From contig OZ251997.1 in assembly GCA_965247095.1 (NCBI GenBank), positions 1,728,001 to 1,792,000 on the forward strand: a stretch of DNA of 64,000 nt, written 5' to 3'. This DNA comes from Candidatus Multivorans sp. (GTDB lineage Bacteria; Acidobacteriota; Thermoanaerobaculia; Multivoradales; Multivoraceae). The notes below the pieces were generated by a model. The model ran no database searches and was not told the DNA's origin. It saw only the letters and a program-made list of their open reading frames with translations. This document shows positions 61,256-64,000 of the stretch, in pieces; the first letter of the stretch is position 1, and the number at the start of each line of letters is the position of its first letter. Both the position numbers and the translations under genes were made by a program.

Positions 61256-61703
61256 CCTGTGCGACAGAAACGACACGAAGTGAGTTCTGTGGCGCAGGCT
61301 ACTGGTGGGGTGGGGGCTGGGGCCAAACAGCGAGTTCAGCGAGCGGTTTGGCGGCGCTAGGAGGTCGGCGCCACCGGACGACACGACCCGACTTCCGTAG
61401 CTCAACCTCTGACGGAGGCAGCGGCCGGGGCCGAACTGCCCGCTCCGGGACGCCCGATGACGCTCACGCCAAGGGGCGAATCGGGGCATTCCGAGTCCGG
61501 TCATCTACTCGTCAGAAACGGGTCAGACCAATAACCGCTGTCGATTGCGAAAACGACCTCTACACCGAACCAACCGGGGAATCCGACCATAACCCTGGTT
61601 GTTTCCTTTCGTACACAAGGTCGGGTCCGTGCCCTAAAGGGGCAAGGCACGGATCCGATCGGCGCCGGGCGGAGCGAGCGTGTCGCACCGCCCGGCGCCA
61701 CCT
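61249..61703 (+). ncRNA. Candidate large structured RNA, family unidentified
   Basis: At least 8 helices cover most of the interval; the wobble pairs are G-U only when read on the + strand; no convincing ORF. Confidence 0.45.
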
Positions 61704-61704
61704 T

Positions 61705-62601
61705 TTAGAGGAAGACGCACGTGGGGCACTCCCCCGCATCCTGAGCAAGCCTGCGGTCCGCTTCGCTCTGGTAGACGGGCCGACCCGAACGTTCCTCCCG
61801 CGTATCGCTGCTGAGCATCACGTCCCGCTTCCACTCGTCGTCATCCGACCAGCGGAACGGCAGCATCTTCACCGCCCCCGGCGTATCCAACTCGTCGAAG
61901 GCGGCGAGAGCCGTGGCGACAATCTCCCTCTGCAGGCCGGCATCCAGCGCCTTACCCGTCGTGTGCCCCAACGGATAGTCGAGAAACGCGGCGCGGGGCG
62001 GATTGACCGATCGTGTGATCGAGAACGCCGAACTCATCGACAGGGTCGGAATGCCGTCCGCCTCCAAGCGGCGTGCTATCAGTCCCACGGACTGATGGCA
62101 GACCGGTCACACGGGGACCAGCAACGCCAGGTCGACCTGGTCCGCTGCCAACCGGCGGCTGATCTCCGGCGCCAGAGTGTCGCGCACCCGGCGCGCCGAG
62201 TAGATGCCGCCCATGAAAGCGTACGCGCGGGGCGACACGTCCCCGATCACGCCGCCTCTTGCCAGAGCACGCAGGGTGTCGACCGGAAAGACGACGTTCG
62301 GGTCGATCCGGGCGTCCGTCTGGTCGTAGGCGAAGTGGCTCGTCCGCAGCTCCGCGGCCGGCACACTGGTGTCGATGACCCGCAGCGAGGTGTCGTCACG
62401 ATGGTGGAAGGCGATCTGTCCCGTCCGGTAAACGCCCCCGGAGGCCACCAATCCGACCCGGCACTCCTTGAGCGGCTTCGCCAGCCGCGTCCACGGCGGC
62501 GGGGCCTCGCTGCGAACCCATCGGTAGGGTTCGTGTCCCAAGCTCGAGTACAGGTCGCGTGTGCGGACGATGTGGTCGACCGGCGGTCTTCGTGTTCTCA
62601 T
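61705..62601 (-). CDS. Selenoprotein of the glycine/betaine/proline reductase B (GrdB/PrdB-like) family, 298 aa, Sec165
   Basis: ORFs 62107..62601 and 61705..62088 are in the same frame across TGA 62107-62109, reading LLVPV-U-PVCHQSVGLIARRLEADGIPT (UxxC); DPNVVFP and PPRA motifs. Confidence 0.88.
62074..62100 (-). promoter_or_regulatory. Bacterial SECIS hairpin
   Basis: UGCCAUCAGUCC-GUG-GGACUGAUAGCA; the apical loop starts with GU, 18 nt after the UGA. Confidence 0.8.
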
Positions 62602-62649
62602 GCTCCCGATTCTGCCCTAAGCACAGCGCGACGATAGGATGCCAGCCGC

Positions 62650-63135
62650 ATGAGCACCGAAAGTCGGCGACCGGGGGGGCGCGGTCCGAACCCCCCGGGC
62701 GAGGCCGAACCCGAACGGATCGACCTGCCCGAGTCCGAGTGGCGCGCCCGACTCGCCGACGCCGAGTTCCGGATCCTGCGCAAGGAAGCAACCGAGCCGG
62801 CATTCGCCTCGCCACTCAACGGGGAGCACCGGAACGGCGTCTTCGTGTGCGCCGGGTGCGGCGCCGGACTGTTCCGGTCCGACTCGAAGTACGACAGCGG
62901 CACCGGCTGGCCAAGCTTCTACGACTCGATGCCCGGCGCGGTCGAAACGAGACGGGACTTCAGGCTGTTCGTGCCGCGAACCGAGTACCACTGCGCCCGC
63001 TGCGGCGGACATCAAGGCCACGTATTCAGCGACGGTCCGGCGCCAACGGGCCTGCGCTACTGCAACAACGGGGTCGCTCTGCGCTTCCGCCCAGCGGCGA
63101 AAGACGGCGGCCCGGTTAGAGGTCCCGCCCCATGA
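62650..63135 (+). CDS. msrB: Peptide-methionine (R)-S-oxide reductase
   Basis: CAGC, KYDSGTGWPSF, CARCGGHQGHVF.DGP and RYCNNG. Confidence 0.95.
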   Translation: MSTESRRPGGRGPNPPGEAEPERIDLPESEWRARLADAEFRILRKEATEPAFASPLNGEHRNGVFVCAGCGAGLFRSDSKYDSGTGWPSFYDSMPGAVETRRDFRLFVPRTEYHCARCGGHQGHVFSDGPAPTGLRYCNNGVALRFRPAAKDGGPVRGPAP

Positions 63136-63205
63136 GCGTGCGCCGAAGAACATGGCGTGCGCCGATCTTCCTGCCGCGCACGCTGCTAGCCAAGGAGAAC
63201 TGAAC

Positions 63206-64000
63206 ATGTCGACCAACGTGAACACCCGCCGTGCCACCGCCGGGGTCGTAGGCGCCGCCCTCGCACTGACGCTGGCCTGCAGCGGCGGCGAGTCGGTCGA
63301 GCCCTTGACCCTGACGGTGGCGACGGAGCTCGGCGTCCTCGAGGGAGCCGAGCTCGACTCCGGAATCCTCAAGTTCAGCGGCATCCCCTTCGCCGCGCCC
63401 CCGGTCGGCGACCTTCGCTGGCAGGCGCCGCAAGCCGCCGCGGCCTGGGAGGGAACCCGCGACGCGACCGCGTTCTCCTCGACCTGCTGGCAGCCGTTGG
63501 GCGCCCCCGGCTCCTTCTATGACGTGGGCGACATCGAGCGCAGCGAGGACTGCCTCTACCTGAACGTCTGGACCGGCGCCGAACACGCCGGCGCCGCGCT
63601 CCCCGTCATGGTCTGGATCCACGGCGGCGGACTCCAGACCGGCGCCGGCAGCACTTCGCTCTACGACGGCGAGAGCCTGGCCGGGCGGGGCGTCGTCCTG
63701 GTCACGATCAACTACCGGCTCGGGCCGATGGGCTTCATGGCGCATCCGGAACTCTCGGCCGAGAACGAGGCGGGAGGCTCCGGCAACTACGGCATCCTCG
63801 ACCAGATCGCCGCACTCCAATGGGTGCAGGCGAACATCGCCCGCTTCGGCGGCGACCCGGGCCAGGTCACAATCTTCGGCGAGTCAGCCGGCTCCTGGAG
63901 CGTCAACTACCTGACTGCGACGCCACTGGCGGCAGGCCTGTTCCAGCGCGCGATCGGACACAGCGGCGGCATCTTCTGGCCCATGCCACAGCTCGCTGAC
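63206..64000 (+). CDS. Type-B carboxylesterase lipoprotein; 3' truncated by window edge
   Basis: Not in the ORF track. AAGGAG RBS, lipobox LAC, GIPFAAPPVGDLRW, SEDCLYLNVW, WIHGGG and FGESAG. Confidence 0.92.
   Translation, partial: MSTNVNTRRATAGVVGAALALTLACSGGESVEPLTLTVATELGVLEGAELDSGILKFSGIPFAAPPVGDLRWQAPQAAAAWEGTRDATAFSSTCWQPLGAPGSFYDVGDIERSEDCLYLNVWTGAEHAGAALPVMVWIHGGGLQTGAGSTSLYDGESLAGRGVVLVTINYRLGPMGFMAHPELSAENEAGGSGNYGILDQIAALQWVQANIARFGGDPGQVTIFGESAGSWSVNYLTATPLAAGLFQRAIGHSGGIFWPMPQLAD

Noticed and set aside
61501-61590. Small minus-strand ORF MVGFPGWFGVEVVFAIDSGYWSDPFLTSR
   Set aside because: No recognisable motif, and it lies within the + strand structured element; not excluded but unsupported.
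61259-61703. Group II intron (GTGCG start, two terminal hairpins) or tRNA-Sec
   Set aside because: The penultimate hairpin lacks the AGC/CGC triad and domain V geometry, and GTGCG is buried in a local stem; there is no UCA anticodon arm or T-loop.
62107-62109. Nonsense mutation making the reductase-B gene a pseudogene
   Set aside because: The TGA sits at the family's Sec/Cys position in UxxC and is followed by a SECIS-like hairpin.

Overview
GC-rich bacterial chromosomal window, probably from an acidobacterium (inferred from two Acidobacteria-type VWA proteins, a DUF1592/DUF1552 pair and a Thermoanaerobaculia-like C-terminal repeat domain). It is mostly housekeeping, transport and envelope genes. 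Notable items: (1) two IS4-family elements nested one inside the other, each with its own 9-bp target duplication; (2) a 2482-aa surface metalloprotease/adhesin with eight ~111-aa tandem repeats; (3) a complete lysW-lysX-lysY-lysZ-lysJ-lysK operon with a candidate leader-peptide attenuator and a hidden octa-proline mini-ORF coupled between lysJ and lysK; (4) an ISNCY-like rve element beside a deleted NCS2 permease and a frameshifted protease islet with an upstream G11 tract; (5) a single-chain acetyl-CoA carboxylase; (6) a bacterial myo-inositol oxygenase; (7) a PrdB/GrdB-like selenoprotein with in-frame UGA and a SECIS hairpin, split in two by the ORF track; (8) an unexplained ~450-nt densely structured intergenic segment (61249-61703) that looks like an unidentified + strand ncRNA. 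No rRNA, tRNA or CRISPR array was seen. All calls are by eye from motifs; no searches were run.
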